This document shows positions 23,461 through 36,437 of a stretch of DNA of 64,000 nucleotides, one piece after another. Source of the DNA: Carcharhinus longimanus (lineage: Eukaryota); the NCBI GenBank assembly GCA_030264375.1, contig JASCQW010000105.1, positions 45,576,540 through 45,640,539 of the forward strand, read 5' to 3'. Each line of letters starts with the position of its first letter. The stretch's first letter is position 1. The notes under the pieces were generated by a model. It made no database searches and was not told where the DNA came from. It saw only the letters and a list, made by a program, of their open reading frames with translations. Position numbers and translations under genes: made by a program.

Positions 23461-26009
23461 AGAATGCTACTTGCTTCTTAAAAGGTCCTGAATTTTATGT
23501 ATTTTTTTTCTTTTAGCACTTAAAGCCTTTTGTCAAATGATTTGTCAACAAAATGCAGTTTTGTTCCGAACACCCTGATGACGCTGTTTGATTTCCATAA
23601 TTTGTAGTCTTCCTTTAGTATGGATAACATCCTGAAGCATTTGCCTGCTTTGAGAGTTGTACCCACGATAATTGTTATAATCAGCAGATGCTTCCTTGAT
23701 TTAATTTGGCCCTGGTTAAGTTATTGGTTTCTGAGCAAGCTGAGGGTCCTCTACGGACATCTTGTTGTAATGCATGAATTACCGTTATGGGAATATTTTG
23801 GGTTAATTTATAATTCCAGCTCAGCTTCAGAATGGGTCAAGTCACATGGGAAACCCTGTTGTCCGAACAATCATCTGGGACACTGATAGCAAGGGACCAC
23901 TGTAAAACATGGGAGTATTCAGCAGTTGAGCAACAGGATATGTGAAGCATGAATGACAGGATGGTGACTGCACAGACATCAGCAGAGGGAGACTGACCCT
24001 GGCAGTAACTCAAGAATGTAACAACATGTCTGCAAGCACCACTGAGCAATGAAAGAAAGAGGATCAAACCCACTGAAAATTGCTTATGAAATTCCATCCT
24101 GGCAGTATCTAAGCTTTGTAAAGACAATTTCTTGATAACATACTTGCAGTTAACTCCAGTCAAAAGAAGGATGGAACTACAGCTAGAAAAAATGATGGCA
24201 AAGGCGCTGATTTATTAATACCATCAACAAGATGTTAAGTCCATTCTAAGCTACATAAACCTAAGAATACTTCTGCAATCGGAGTCTAGCATCACAAATT
24301 GCAACTTTTGTTAGATGGTGCCCTTCATGTGGTATCCCCAGTTTACATTCAGCCTTAATTTTCACAACCAGTATTTTAAATGGAAATCAGTGATTTAGTT
24401 CCCTCTCAACCTTCCAATTGAATTGAAATTCATTCCAGTGATTAGCATCTCAAGATTAATCAGTAAAAAAATCGTGGCTGTTGAATTGTGTCTGCAATCA
24501 GGAATCAGGTAAGTGAGGGCACTATTTTGAAGTGGAAGCAATGCTTCATTTTCTCAACTGGCATACAAACATCCTATGTGACTGACCCACTCTCTTCTGC
24601 TACAACCTTTTAATGGAAGTATAATCTAAATAATGACATGGTTCTTAATCAGAATTCATTACAAGTCGATCACGGTGAATGTTTTGTGGTTAACCATTAG
24701 CCATGTAAGTGGTGTTTGGTACTACATAATGAAACCCCAATTCCCACATTCTCATTAATGCACCACTTTGTTCAGGAGAGCTGCACTTATTGCATTAGTT
24801 GTCAATTTATCTGTAAGATAGTTCATGTCCAGCCTTCCTACAAGCAATGTGTTGCCTTATTAATTTCCCATTTTAATACTGCCCACACACAGCTCCAAAG
24901 CAATCAGCTTTGCTAATTATACACTTTGAAGCAGTGTTATTCTGAAGGAGAGGGCAAGGATATTGGCATTTGGTAGATACTAAAATGGAATGATAACAAG
25001 ATTAACAGAATAGCTTTGTTACTAATGCATAATATCAATACTGGTCGAAGCTGGTGTAATGCATACGCCAGGAACCAAAGAAAGTAGGCAATTACCAGAG
25101 TCCATCTGATAATACCTATCTGGCAGTATCTTATCATAAACCAAGCAACAACACAGGGGAAAAAGGCTCTGTTCAGGTTTTGAATGCCTGGCCCAACCTA
25201 CACTATGTCTACTGGAATTTCTATTCCATCACCTAAAATGCTACTTCATCTCTGTGTGCCTATCACACTACAGAAGTCATCACTGTTGGAATGCTGGAAA
25301 AATGAATTATCCAGCATCAGTTTGCAGGCTGCCAACCTCTGTGAAGGAGCACACATTGGACTTTGATTCTAGACTCATGTGGAAGAATAATTATTTTCTC
25401 TGTGGTCTTTGCTCTGTAAATCTCTTTTCCTCTGTCCCTCTCTATTATTGTACGAGTGAAAACGAGTTTGTGTTGTGACTCTCCTCTCACATTTGAGTAT
25501 GTGGAAATAAACTAATCCTGTGGAGTTCATCCCATCTCTAGTTTGCTGTGTGGTTATTAATAGAAATTGCATCATACCACAACCTAGGTGTTGGGAAATA
25601 AACCACATCTTATAAAAGGGGAAATTGAAATCAAAACACCCTTCTGTGTATGGACAGGTGGTGAAAAGAGAAATCAGGACCATTTAAATTAAACCCTCTT
25701 CTGTCCATTACATCTCTCAAATTTGCTAAATTGCTAAAATCTTCATAATGTTTTTCAGCAACTCTGTCTTTATACTGGAATCTGCATTTAATCTGTATTT
25801 AATATTTTGTCAACCTCGAAATTTGGCCACAGCATTACCTGTATTTAATGGGAAAGTAGCTGGAAATGACTGTTTTACCAAAGTTTTGTAGGGCAGCAGC
25901 TACTTGATCTGTCAATACCTAAAATCTATTAAAATGAGATATGCATGCATTACAGAGTAAATTAAATGACACATTTGCACTACACGTCCTCAAGAAAAAT
26001 CTAATAGAT

Positions 26010-26610
26010 TGGTCAATTCCATTTTCATAAAACCAAACAGGCTCTGCTGAATCATATTATGATTTTCTGTATGCCGTCTTGCCATTTCCTTAACAATGGT
26101 TTCAGCATTTTGCCAGTAAATGATGTGAGACTAACTGGCCCATAGCACCCTGTTTTCTCTTCTCCGATTCTCTTGAATAGCAGTGCTGCACTGGGCAGAT
26201 ATTGAGAGGCTGTTTCTCTTGGTCAGGGGAATCTGGAACATTGGGGAAGAGTCTCAGATAAGGGATTGATTGTTTGGCACTGAAATGAGGAGAAAATGCT
26301 CACAGCATCATGAAACTTTGTCATTTTCTACCTCAGAGAGTTGTTTATGGTCCATAGTCAAAAATCTTTAAAGCTGTGATAAGCAGATTTTTGTCTCTCA
26401 GGGTATTAAGGGATATGGGGACTGGGTGAGAAAGTTGAATTGAGACAGATGTTCAGCCATGGCAATATTGAATGGCAAAGTAAGCTTGAGCGGCAGCACA
26501 ATCTACTCATGCTCCTATTCCTTCTGACCTTACTGGACCATTCTAGGATCTAGGAAATTTTCAAAGTCAACATAGCTACATCTTTTGGAACCCAAGACTG
26601 TGCACCAGAA
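26010..26610. mobile_element. minus-strand CR1 fragment with a nested plus-strand CR1 3' end (26195-26530)
   Basis: gatgtgagactaactggccc (reverse of GPVSLTS) flanks a plus-strand tail ending tactcatgctcctattcctt. Confidence 0.7.
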
Positions 26611-27221
26611 CTTTAAAAGTCATAGGTTAAGTTGGTTTTAAATATCTTACTTTATTATAATAAATAGGTCAAGATCATGGAGAGAATACTGAAGAGGCTC
26701 CGAGGACGATATCAGTATTAAACATTGAGCAAGACAGCAGTATCACATTTTCTCAGTAACATTTTTTCAAGTGGTACAACTTGGAGAGCAACTTTTGGGT
26801 CTTTGAGTGTGACTGTGCTTTTCCTGGAGTGGCTGTACCATTTTCATATAAATAACTGAATACCGCTGTCCTCACCATTACTTTGGCAGGAAAATCTAGG
26901 CCAATGCTTTCGTACACAGGGACTTGTTAGTATACCAGAAATACTGGAGTGGAAGAAGAATCCACAATAACCCTTAAAAGGAAAATGAATAAATAATAGA
27001 AAAATAAGTAACAAAATGGTATGTGGAAAGACAGGGGAATGGAATTAAGTAGATACCTCTCTCAGAGAGCTGACACAGATGCAATATACTGATGACCTCC
27101 TTCAATGCTGTGAAGTTCCATAGTTCACAATATAACTTCTCTTTCTCAAAATCATTCAATCTCATAAATCTTTTCCATAGTTCTGATATCTTCTCTATAA
27201 TATTCATGTAATTTAAATTAA

Positions 27222-28402
27222 AAATGGTGGATGTGAAGGGGTTGTTTCCTCTTGTGGGAGAATCTAGCACTATGGGTCACTGTTTAAAAATAAAGAGCAG
27301 GATCATGGCATTAAAGAACTTCCCAGCTGTCTGTTCCTCCCAGATTGAAACCTCCCCCCTCGTCGATGTGATGTCACATCAGCAAAGTTTACAAAATGTT
27401 TTTAAAAACAGAAACTGGGTGGAGGGACTCCTTAGCTTCCTGAAACTGCCAGAATGTAGTGTCAAGTTGGGACCCCTCTGGGGAGTTCCACTGAGCTGGG
27501 GTTTCTCTTATCCCTGCGGGGCGGGGGGAAGGCGGGGATTCCCCATCTCCATTGGGGATTTCTGCTTGTATGTGTGGGAGGGGTCTCCATGTATGGAGAG
27601 GGTGTGGGAGGTGATCGCTGTTTTTTTTAATGGAGAGTGGGGAGCCCTGTAAGAACTACAATCTCAGAATTTCCATCATTACTGGCTTTTTCTGGCTCCA
27701 CATCACCAGCGTGACAACTTGAGCCACACCTGTGGATTGTTTTTGCAGTGCTGCACAATGTGATGACAGAAGCTGGCTGTGCAGCAAGCTGATTGGGCAC
27801 TGCTGTCTCACAGCGCCAGGGGCATGAGTTCAATTCCGGCCTCAGGTCACTGTGTGGAGTTTGCACATTCTCCCCATGTGTACATGGGTGTCTTCCAGAT
27901 GCTCCCACAGTTCAACGATGTACAGGTTAGGTTGATTGGCCATGCTAAATTGACCCTAGTGTCAGGAGGATTAGCAGGATAAATATGTGGGGTAATGGGA
28001 ACAGGGCCTGCTGGGATTGAGGTCAGTGCAGACCTGATGGGCCAAATGGCCTCCTCTTGCACTGTAAGGATTCTACAATTCAATGGTTTTCTCACCTCAG
28101 CCAGCACTCTGTGCAGAAAAGTGGAACTTCTGCTCATGGGGTCACCCATTTAAGACACAGATCAGGAGAAATTCATTGTCTTCAGAGTTTTGAGAGTGTT
28201 TGGAATTTTCTTCCTCAAAAAGTATTGGAAGCAGGGTCTTTGAATATTTTTAAGACAGAGGTGGATAGATTCTTAATAAGCAACCAGGTAAAAGGCTATA
28301 CGGTACAGGTAGGCGAATGAAGTTGACGTTACAATCAAATCAGTCATGGTCATACTAAGTGGTGGAACATGCTTGAAGAGCCAAGTAGACTACTATTCCT
28401 AA
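27222..28402 (+). mobile_element. CR1 3' end interrupted by a MITE-like insert (~27293-28137) that itself contains an HE1 SINE
   Basis: VDVKGLFPLVGESSTMGHCLKIK stops near 27292 and resumes as ggggtcacccatttaagacacag at ~28138. Confidence 0.75.
27795..28077 (+). mobile_element. HE1-type SINE (5' end damaged)
   Basis: gcactgctgtctcacagcgccagg...gttcaattccgg...ttgattggccatgctaaattgacc...gcactgtaaggattcta. Confidence 0.9.
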
Positions 28403-28536
28403 TTTGTATTTTTCTTTGTTTGTATAATGGAAGGTCCAGAACTGCATTTTAATTAACTAGCAATGGACTACTTGTGAGTTTAACATCATTATCTTGCTGT
28501 TTCTGTAAATTATATTCTCAAATTGGTTCATACAAT

Positions 28537-28690
28537 CATAGAATCATACCGTTCAGAAGAGGCCCATCGAGTTTGCACCGACAAGTTGAAAACACTTGAC
28601 CTCCCACCTAATCCCATTTACCAGTGCTTGGCCAATAGCCTTGAATGCTACAACATGCCAAGTGCTCATCCAGATACTTTTTAAAGGATG
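28537..28690 (-). mobile_element. CR1 3' tail
   Basis: catagaatcatac...agaagaggcccatcgagtttgcacc. Confidence 0.65.
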
Positions 28691-29134
28691 TGAGGCAACC
28701 ATCCAAGTTGGTGTTGATTGACTATTCTCCTTTGAAGTGCACTGGGATGTCTTAATATGTTAAAGGTGCTATGTAAGTTCAAGTCATTGCTATTTAATTC
28801 CATTAGGTTTTTGTTATCTTTTTGTACCTGCATGGCTATCTTTAAACTTCTGTGTATCTGCAATCCATGTGTTTCTCCCACTCCTAGTCTGAGCTTTCAT
28901 GTATACTTTCAGTTTTTCTTTTTATATAAAGTATCACACATTTTCCTGCATTCGTTTGTAACTGCTATCTATCTGCCCAAACTGACAGAGGTGTAACTAT
29001 AGATTCCTGAGACAAACTAATGGCCACATCTTTTCAAGCAAAGGAACAACCATTTACTTCTAAGGTCTCTTTTTGGGTCCTTAACAAGCTCACATTCAAT
29101 GCAGTTGCATCAATACCATGTGCTTTGATTTTTG

Positions 29135-29340
29135 GTGTGGAGTTGCCAGCGTTGGACTGGGGTAGGCACAGTAAATAGTCTCACAACACCAGAGTAAAAG
29201 CTGACAGGTTTATTTGATAGCATGAGCTTTCAGAGCATTGCCCCTTTATCAGGTGACTCTCCTGATAAAGGGGCAACGCTCCAAAAGCTTGTGCTACCAA
29301 AAAAACTGTTGAAATTTAACCGGTGTTGTGAGACTACTTA
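29135..29340. mobile_element. Fold-back Penelope-like element (family A, gap-free copy) with two opposed hammerhead motifs
   Basis: Exact 12-bp TSD CTTTGATTTTTG at 29123-29134 and 29341-29352. About 80-bp imperfect arms. TTATCAG (29246-29252) and CTGATAA (29262-29268) flank the axis. Homologous to 2352-2607. Confidence 0.85.
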
Positions 29341-30072
29341 CTTTGATTTTTGTAATGTCTCTTATGTGACACTTTATCAACACTTTCTGAACATCCACAT
29401 AAGCCAACATCCACCACACTTCCTATAGCAACAGTGCTATTTTCTTTATTCACTGAAACTTGTCAAAGGAAAACTGTTATTCATTGCTGACTGCCTGTTA
29501 TTATCCTAACAAAAACCTAGAATTAAATCTTATGAAGAATAATCTGGAGCTCAGTAAGTCCATGTTGTCAGAACGTGCAGCTGCATTTATATATTGAAGT
29601 TAAGTGAAAACGTTTTGGGCCCCACTTTTTTTTACTTTGGACGATGGTCTATTCACAGGGAAAAATAAATTTGGTGCGATAACCTTTTGGAAGAGCTTCC
29701 ATGTGACAGCAGCTTCCAGAAAGTCTTGTTTTGAAGATCTTTTGAGGTTTTTTTCATTTTGTGTTGGCTTTGCTGCATTTTGTTCCATGCATTAGTTAAT
29801 TTTGCCAACCGGATCTCCACTTCTGTCTACCAGCACTAATTTGTACGCATGCCTGTGATATTGTGGGGGTGAAGTTACCACTGCACTCCACTGGTCAATG
29901 GGCAGGGTGAGCTGATAAATCACAGGCGAGCCAGGAAATCAGGTTTGCACCTGAATTTCTTGCCTCTCATGATCTTACTAGTACTATGTATCTGGCAAGA
30001 TCAGTCTCATGCACAAAGAGGCTGACCTCAATATTTAAATTGCATTTAAATCAGCTACAGAGCCCTGCAGTA

Positions 30073-30106
30073 GTGTGTGTGTGTGTGTGTGTGTGTGTCT
30101 GTGTGT
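30073..30106. repeat. (GT)n microsatellite
   Basis: About 17 GT units with one interruption. Confidence 0.95.
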
Positions 30107-30494
30107 GGGGCAGGGGGAATAAAGGTAGGGTAGTTGTAACTAGCAGGGACAATGGCAGATCTCTGTGCTCTCAGAGTTCAGAAATCTGCACATGCGTACT
30201 TGCGTTGTCTGCTGTTATCAGTCAGTTTTTGGATGGTTTAGGCCGCACCCACTCCCCCTACTGTCAGATTTCAAGTTTTGCCTCATATTTTTGACTAAGT
30301 CAGTTAAGATTAGATTTTTAAGTCGCCCAAAATAACGGCACAAATTTCTCCCATTTTCACATTCATTTCACACTGAAAATTTTTTTGATAAGATCGTCCT
30401 TTATTAGCTTTCATTGAGGTTAGTGTTAATATTATTTTGGGTGTTTCCAAACGGACTGCAGAATTGAAATAAAGGCAGCATTAATTGGACTTTT

Positions 30495-30640
30495 AAAAAA
30501 TTAATTCATGTGGGCTTCACAGGCTAGGCCAGCATTTATTACCCATCCCTAATTGCCCTCGAGAAGGTGGGGCTGAGCTGCTTTTTGATCTATTGCAATC
30601 CATGTGGTGCTGGAGAGAGAGTTCCAGGATTTTGACCCAG
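30495..30640 (-). mobile_element. CR1-type 3' tail
   Basis: ggctaggccagcatttattacccatccctaattgccctcgagaaggtgg. Confidence 0.8.
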
Positions 30641-31339
30641 CTGGACTAGTTCCACAGTTTTTGCCAAATGGCTAGATAACTCTGAATGTGAACAGTCATT
30701 AAAGATACCAGTGTGGGAACCTGAGATCTTTTTGCACTGTATTAACATTCAAGACACAACATTTTAATTATGCAAAACAGCAGCTCTTATCTAGGAACAA
30801 CAATTACACCTTCATTGCGTGCATTCCTTGATGCTCACATTATTTGACAGAGAAATAATGATTGGTGGATGACTCTTAAGAGATTAGATCTAAAGCTGAA
30901 ACTATGTAGATTTTCTCTGAAGCAAAGGAAGTCTTATCTTGCAAGAAATTAGGCCACAGAACTTAGGCAGAATCAAAGAGCTTGACAAAAGAACATGGGT
31001 TGCAAATAAAGTTAGAAATGGATGATGCAGGCATTTCCATTGTAAATGGGGCTCACAAGAAATGTTTGCAGAAATGAGGAACACATTCAATGTCATTGAG
31101 TACTCTGCATCAACATATTTTCTCTTTATTTTGTGTTAGTTATGAAGGGTGTGGATAATCCGATTGACGTGATATGATGCTACGATGATGGAGAAAAAAC
31201 ATGGAAATATTGGACTTTAACTAGACCCGAGTTTATATTTTTTAAAAATGGAACCGGAGCATGACGATTTCTTGCAAGCTGCGCCCAACATACCCTCAAA
31301 TTCTATTGTTTACTCTCATTCTATGCCTTTAAAACTCTA

Positions 31340-31740
31340 TTCTAACTCTGTCAACACTACAATTTGCATCCTTTCCTTTCCTTCTCTATGTACAGTATGC
31401 TTTGTCTGTATAGCATGAAAGAACATAAGAACATAAGAAATAGGAGCAGGAGTAGGTCATCTAGCCCTTCGAGCCTGCCCCGCCATTCAATAAGANNNNN
31501 NNNNNNNNNNNNNNNNNNNNNNNNNNNNNNNNNNNNNNNNNNNNNNNNNNNNNNNNNNNNNNNNNNNNNNNNNNNNNNNNNNNNNNNNNNNNNNNCCCTA
31601 TCTATCCCCTTCATTATCTTATATGTCTCAACAATACTTTGTATTGTCTTATGTCTCTTATGTCACTTATGTCTCTACAATACAAAAGAAACAATACTTT
31701 TCATTATCTCCTAATACCTGTGAAAATAATAAATCAAATG
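31340..31740 (+). mobile_element. Rex1/Babar-like 3' end interrupted by a young CR1
   Basis: tgtctgtatagcatgaaagaa ... acaatacttttcatt...tgtgaaaataataaatcaaat tail. Confidence 0.5.
31421..31625 (-). mobile_element. young CR1/HER1 3' end
   Basis: gaacataagaacataagaaataggagcaggagtagg, near-identical to 10474-10542. Confidence 0.88.
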
Positions 31741-32247
31741 AAACCAAACCCTGAAGAGGATTGAGAATGTAGTTAGTAACTGCCAAAAGTGACTGCAGGG
31801 TGTTTCTCTCAGCAATAATGGAATCACATCCTGTCTACAGACAAGGTACTTCTAAAAGCACCCAAAGATTGATTATGATCCCTAGTAGAAGACAGATGGA
31901 TATAACGACTATGTCATCTCAAAAATCCTGGGTGTGTTTGCCTAGATAGTCTTGTATTCTGTGTTTCCAATGTCTGCCTGTGTCTGTCTATCAATCTATC
32001 TGTGTGTGCTCAGAGTATAGGCAGATGCAAGTTTTTCCATACTGAAAATGTGCGGTTCAGTGACAGAAATAGCAACCTTGCAAAATGAAACTAGCCATCT
32101 TTTGCAGGTATATCTCAAAACTCTCTCTCTGACTGGGGAAATTAACCCAAGCAGCAAAATGAGCACAGCTGAAAATTAACTGAAATTTTTCTGCCAAACT
32201 ACTGAAAACAGGAATCGAAGAACCAACAATTTGCCTGCAAAAACCAA

Positions 32248-33226
32248 GGCTGCAATTCTCCCATCAGTTGCTTTTTTTTTTAGTACAGTGGGCCAGAAGA
32301 TTCTCACGTTGACTGATTCATGGGGTTCGCATTTAAATATAATTAAAATTTCATTAACGGGTCCGGGACGAAAATCTCCGGGCCTGCTAGCATCTGTCCA
32401 ATCCACCCTCTCCAGCTAGCATGGTTCGCTTCAGTGGGGATTACAGTAGCTGCCCCTTAAAGGGAACTAGTGTCCCAACCACATTGGAGTGAAGGGGGAG
32501 GGGGAGGGAGGCAACCAGGGCCTCCACAGAGAGTCTGGTGGCTGCCAAGGGGGCAGGGCATGGTGGGCCAATTGGTGGGGGTGGGAGGGGGTCCCACTGG
32601 CACTTTGCAGATAGGATCAGTGGGGAAGGAGGGAGGCGAGAGATCAGAGCGGGCTGGGGTGTGGTCAGCCTGCTGGCAGAGTTGGGACCGTGGGAAGCGC
32701 TTGAAATCGGGATGGGCTGGGGGAGGGGGTTTTGGGAGTTCAGGGCTNNNNNNNNNNNNNNNNNNNNNNNNNNNNNNNNNNNNNNNNNNNNNNNNNNNNN
32801 NNNNNNNNNNNNNNNNNNNNNNNNNNNNNNNNNNNNNNNNNNNNNNNCTGGTTGGGGAATGATTGGGGGCGGGGGGCAGCAATTGGGCCACTTTGGGGAC
32901 GGGGGGGGATTGGAGGGCCAACAATGTGGGGATCATGGGATCGGCAAGGGATCCAGCTGGCTGGCAATCGGGAGTCTGGCTATTGTGTGCGCTGATCTCA
33001 GCACTGACGGATCAGCATATGTGCAGTGGCCCACTTAGTATTATGCTGCCAACCTCCTCCAGCCAATCCCTGCCCCCTGATTTTTTAATGATATACAAGC
33101 TAGTGACCTCTGCAGTGCACAGAGTGTGGGAAACTCTTCTCTGAACTCCCACTCAAAAACCAGTGTGAATTATTCCAGTTTTCACGTGAATTCAACACAC
33201 AGAACTTTTGGGGGAGAATTCCAGCC
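32248..33226 (-). mobile_element. GC-rich PIF/Harbinger-type MITE
   Basis: TIRs GGCTGCAATTCTCCC / GGGAGAATTCCAGCC with a 3-bp TSD CAA. Same family as the 12007 and 13504 copies. Confidence 0.8.
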
Positions 33227-33714
33227 CAACTTTATTCTTGCAGAAATCAAATGATAACAGCAACATGCTTCATCATCATCTCCTCTCAAATAAAGGAGTG
33301 TTCCACATAACTTTTTATGTCTATTGACTTACAATTGGACACTCAATTCTTACTTCTAATCTGCATGAATAGATATGCATATGCTTGATCATTCCTTCTT
33401 ACCTTTTGTTCATAAACTTACTCTATCTTAGCTCAAGAGAGCCTGGCTAAATTGTCTCATTTTTAAACATAGATATTGGGTTTGGAAGAGGTATCCAAGG
33501 GTAAGGGAACCTTGTTAAATTAAATCTTTATTGCTGCCAGCAGAGGGCAGGGTGAGTAAAGACAAGGAGCCAGTCATCCTTCCTCACCCAGGTTTGTAAC
33601 AATTTTGGGGGTTATCCCATTTAGATGGTGATAAACTGAGAGGTCTCACCCAGATCAACAAAATTGAAAACAACTATGTAAGAAATGAGAAAGCGAGAAA
33701 GTAATAAACTATCA

Positions 33715-34045
33715 GCCAATTAGGCTAGCTCTGTCAGTCAGAAAAGGATAGAGACAGCAAGAGGACATTTCGAACACAATAATCTAATTAGGGAGAGTCA
33801 ACATGATTTTGTGAAAGGGAAATCGAGCCTTAGAGTTCTCTGAGGATGTAACAAGCAGAGTGGGTAAAGGGCAACAAGAGGATGTAGTACTAAATTTTCA
33901 GAAAGCTTTCAATAAGGTGCCACATTAAAGGTTATTGCACAAGGTAAGATCTCATGGTGTTCGAGATGATGTATCAACATGGATGGAGGATTGGCTAATC
34001 AACAGGAAACAGATAGTAAGGATAAACAGATCATTTTGTGTCTGT
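33715..34045 (+). mobile_element. CR1 RT fragment
   Basis: ESQH.FVKGKS...FQKAFNKVPH..LLHK...WMEDWL.NRKQ motifs. Confidence 0.8.
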
Positions 34046-34049
34046 TGTA

Positions 34050-34548
34050 ATTGTCCTTCGAGATGGTAGCATTTATGATCTTGGAAGGTGCTGTCTCAGG
34101 AGCCTTGGTGAATTCCTGCAGGGCATCTTGTAGATAGTACACACTGCTGCCATTATGCATTGGTGGTGGTGGGAGTAAATGTTTTGTGGATGGGTGCTTT
34201 GTCCTGAATGGTGTTGAGCTTCTTCAGTATTGTTGGAACTGCACTCACGCAGGCAAATTAAGGGCATCCTATCACATTCTTTTTTTGTGCCTTGTAGGTG
34301 GACAGACTTTGGAGAGTCAGGAGGTGAGTTACTTGCCACAGGTTTCCTAGCCTCTGACCTGCTCTTGTAGCCACAGCAGTCAGCTCTGTTTCTGGTCAAT
34401 GGTAATCCCCAAGATATTGATAGTAGGGGATTTAGTGACGTTTATGCCATTGGATGTCACGGGGAGATGGCTAAATTTTGTCATATTGGAGATGGTCATT
34501 GTCTGGCATTTACGTAGTGTGGATATTACTTGCACTTGTCAGTCCAAG
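34050..34548 (-). mobile_element. CR1 (second family) ORF2 3' fragment
   Basis: Minus-strand MAAVCTIYKMPCRNSPRLLRQHLP is homologous to 47580-47650 and 36780-36850. Confidence 0.8.
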
Positions 34549-35289
34549 CTTTTGAATGGATATTCTGTTGTCCCTTAACCAGGGGAAATAAAGTGCTCTA
34601 GCTTTGAAAGATTGCTTACATTTTACATGTTAGGTGAGAGCTAAGTAGCTATCAAATTACTAAAAATTGATGTTTAAAACATTCCTAGTCTATCAAATGC
34701 TTCCCCCAAAATTCTACTTAAGTTTGTTTCCAAAAACTTTGTGCCTGAATTGCGCAATCTGACTTGATGGAAAGCTGAAACAGCTTTCCAATGAAACAAA
34801 CTGAATGGCTGGCCTAATTGTGCTTTGCAGTACAGAAAGAAGGATTTATTAAAACTGTGTCTGCCATTGGGGAATATAATTGTTAATATGTCATGGATGA
34901 GAAAGATGACCTACATAGCTCGTGTACAACATTCTGCAGGACTTTTCAGGCACTTCAATATTAAACAAATCCTCAGTGTTGCACTCACAGGTGCCAGACT
35001 AGATGGAACCAGCAATGCTTTTTTTGGATTGACAAATCAATACATCTTTTTTTCTCCCTCCACTGATTTAGCCAAATGCATGTTTGGAAGTTTTTGAATA
35101 TATACTTTGTCCTTATCTTCAGAGGTTATCGTATCAATTTGGTGATGTCTCTTCCATGTAGCAACTGACAGTGATAGGCAGATGTTAATTAAACAGCACA
35201 GCATAAAGACTAAACTGGTTTATATCATCTAAGAGTTAAATCAATGACAATTTTTTTGTTATCTCAAAGATCCTTTGATGTCATAGTCA

Positions 35290-36112
35290 GGGTTACTATT
35301 GTTCATGCTTTTTATTTGGAGTTTGCAACAATTCGTAAGTCCACATCAGGTTCTATCATTTGTTTGTTTTGGATTATTGAGTTGTTCGTTCCACAAACCA
35401 ATCTGTCTCTCAACATTCCATCCAGAGATGACCCGCATTCACAATGTTCTGCCAATTTCTGCTATTGACCAAAAATTCTTTAATGTGTTCCTCAGGAGTT
35501 CATTCTGTTTTATCAAGACAGTACCCAGTATGACGAAGGGCTTTGGGTCAAAGTAGTTGTTAATAAAATTTACAAGTTCACCGAATGTCTTTGAATCAGG
35601 CATACCTGGGTAAGTCAATCTTTTTATTATGCTGAAAGTTGGGGCCCCACATGTTGAGAAAGATTACTTTCTGTCCTTCACTTCCTTCACTCTTATTTGC
35701 CTAGAAGTAGTCGCGCATGTGCTCTATGGCATTTTTGTTCCTTTTCTCACCAGAGAGGAAACATGGTTTCTGCCCATTGATGAAGGTTAGAGGAGTAGAA
35801 GAAGGAAAAACATCTTTTTCACCTTTGTCGCCAATGTAATAACCTCGCAAAGGACAGTCCTCTGGTACAACACTGCTTTATTAGAACAAAAGGTCACATT
35901 CACGGCTTACAACACATCAACGCCTGTACTTTGGACTTACATAACCCTGGTCCAGGCTGTGAGTGCACATTTTAAACATCCATCATTCGTCTCTCACTGG
36001 GTGAGCTCCCGCTTACTCAATAGGGTAATTCATATTCTACAAAATATTCTACAAAATCTCCTGTGGGGAGATCGATTAATAATGCCTCATGTCCTTCATG
36101 GCCACTATAACT
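35290..36112 (-). mobile_element. truncated Ty3/Gypsy element: 5' LTR (35835-36112), PBS and gag start
   Basis: LTR ends ...TATTACA followed by a TGGCGAC PBS. Decayed gag reads FLSTCGAPTFSIIKRLTYPGMPDSKTFGELVNFINNYFDPKP and RDRLVCG. Confidence 0.82.
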
Positions 36113-36437
36113 GAAACAATCCCCAATTGGGCCTGTGTGTGAGCTGTACATGATCTCTCATCACTTAGCAGTTTACTTTCTGTAAGTCCCTGCTACTTTG
36201 TAACCTCTGACCATGCTCTATTGAAGCACAAACTTTTGAGAATGGAATTTCATGCCTGTATGAATGTGTTTTCCTCAGAGAAACTTAAAAAAAAGCTATG
36301 TTACAACAAAGGTTTCTGTATTACAGATTTAGTTCTGAGGTCATGAGGAGTTGAGCAATGTACTGGTCATCTAATCTCAGATGAGAAGACTATGATTTTC
36401 TCACAAGTATGGCCAAAATGTGGTCACGAAAAACATG

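Noticed and set aside
23575-23600. CTGATGA as another hammerhead (also near 52015 and 59502)
   Set aside because: No stem II or downstream GAAA, no palindrome and no TSD.
29600-29788. Protein-like short minus-strand ORFs (also 16384-16632 and 40731-40955)
   Set aside because: No recognisable domain and no consistent splice sites. Lengths are within chance expectation.
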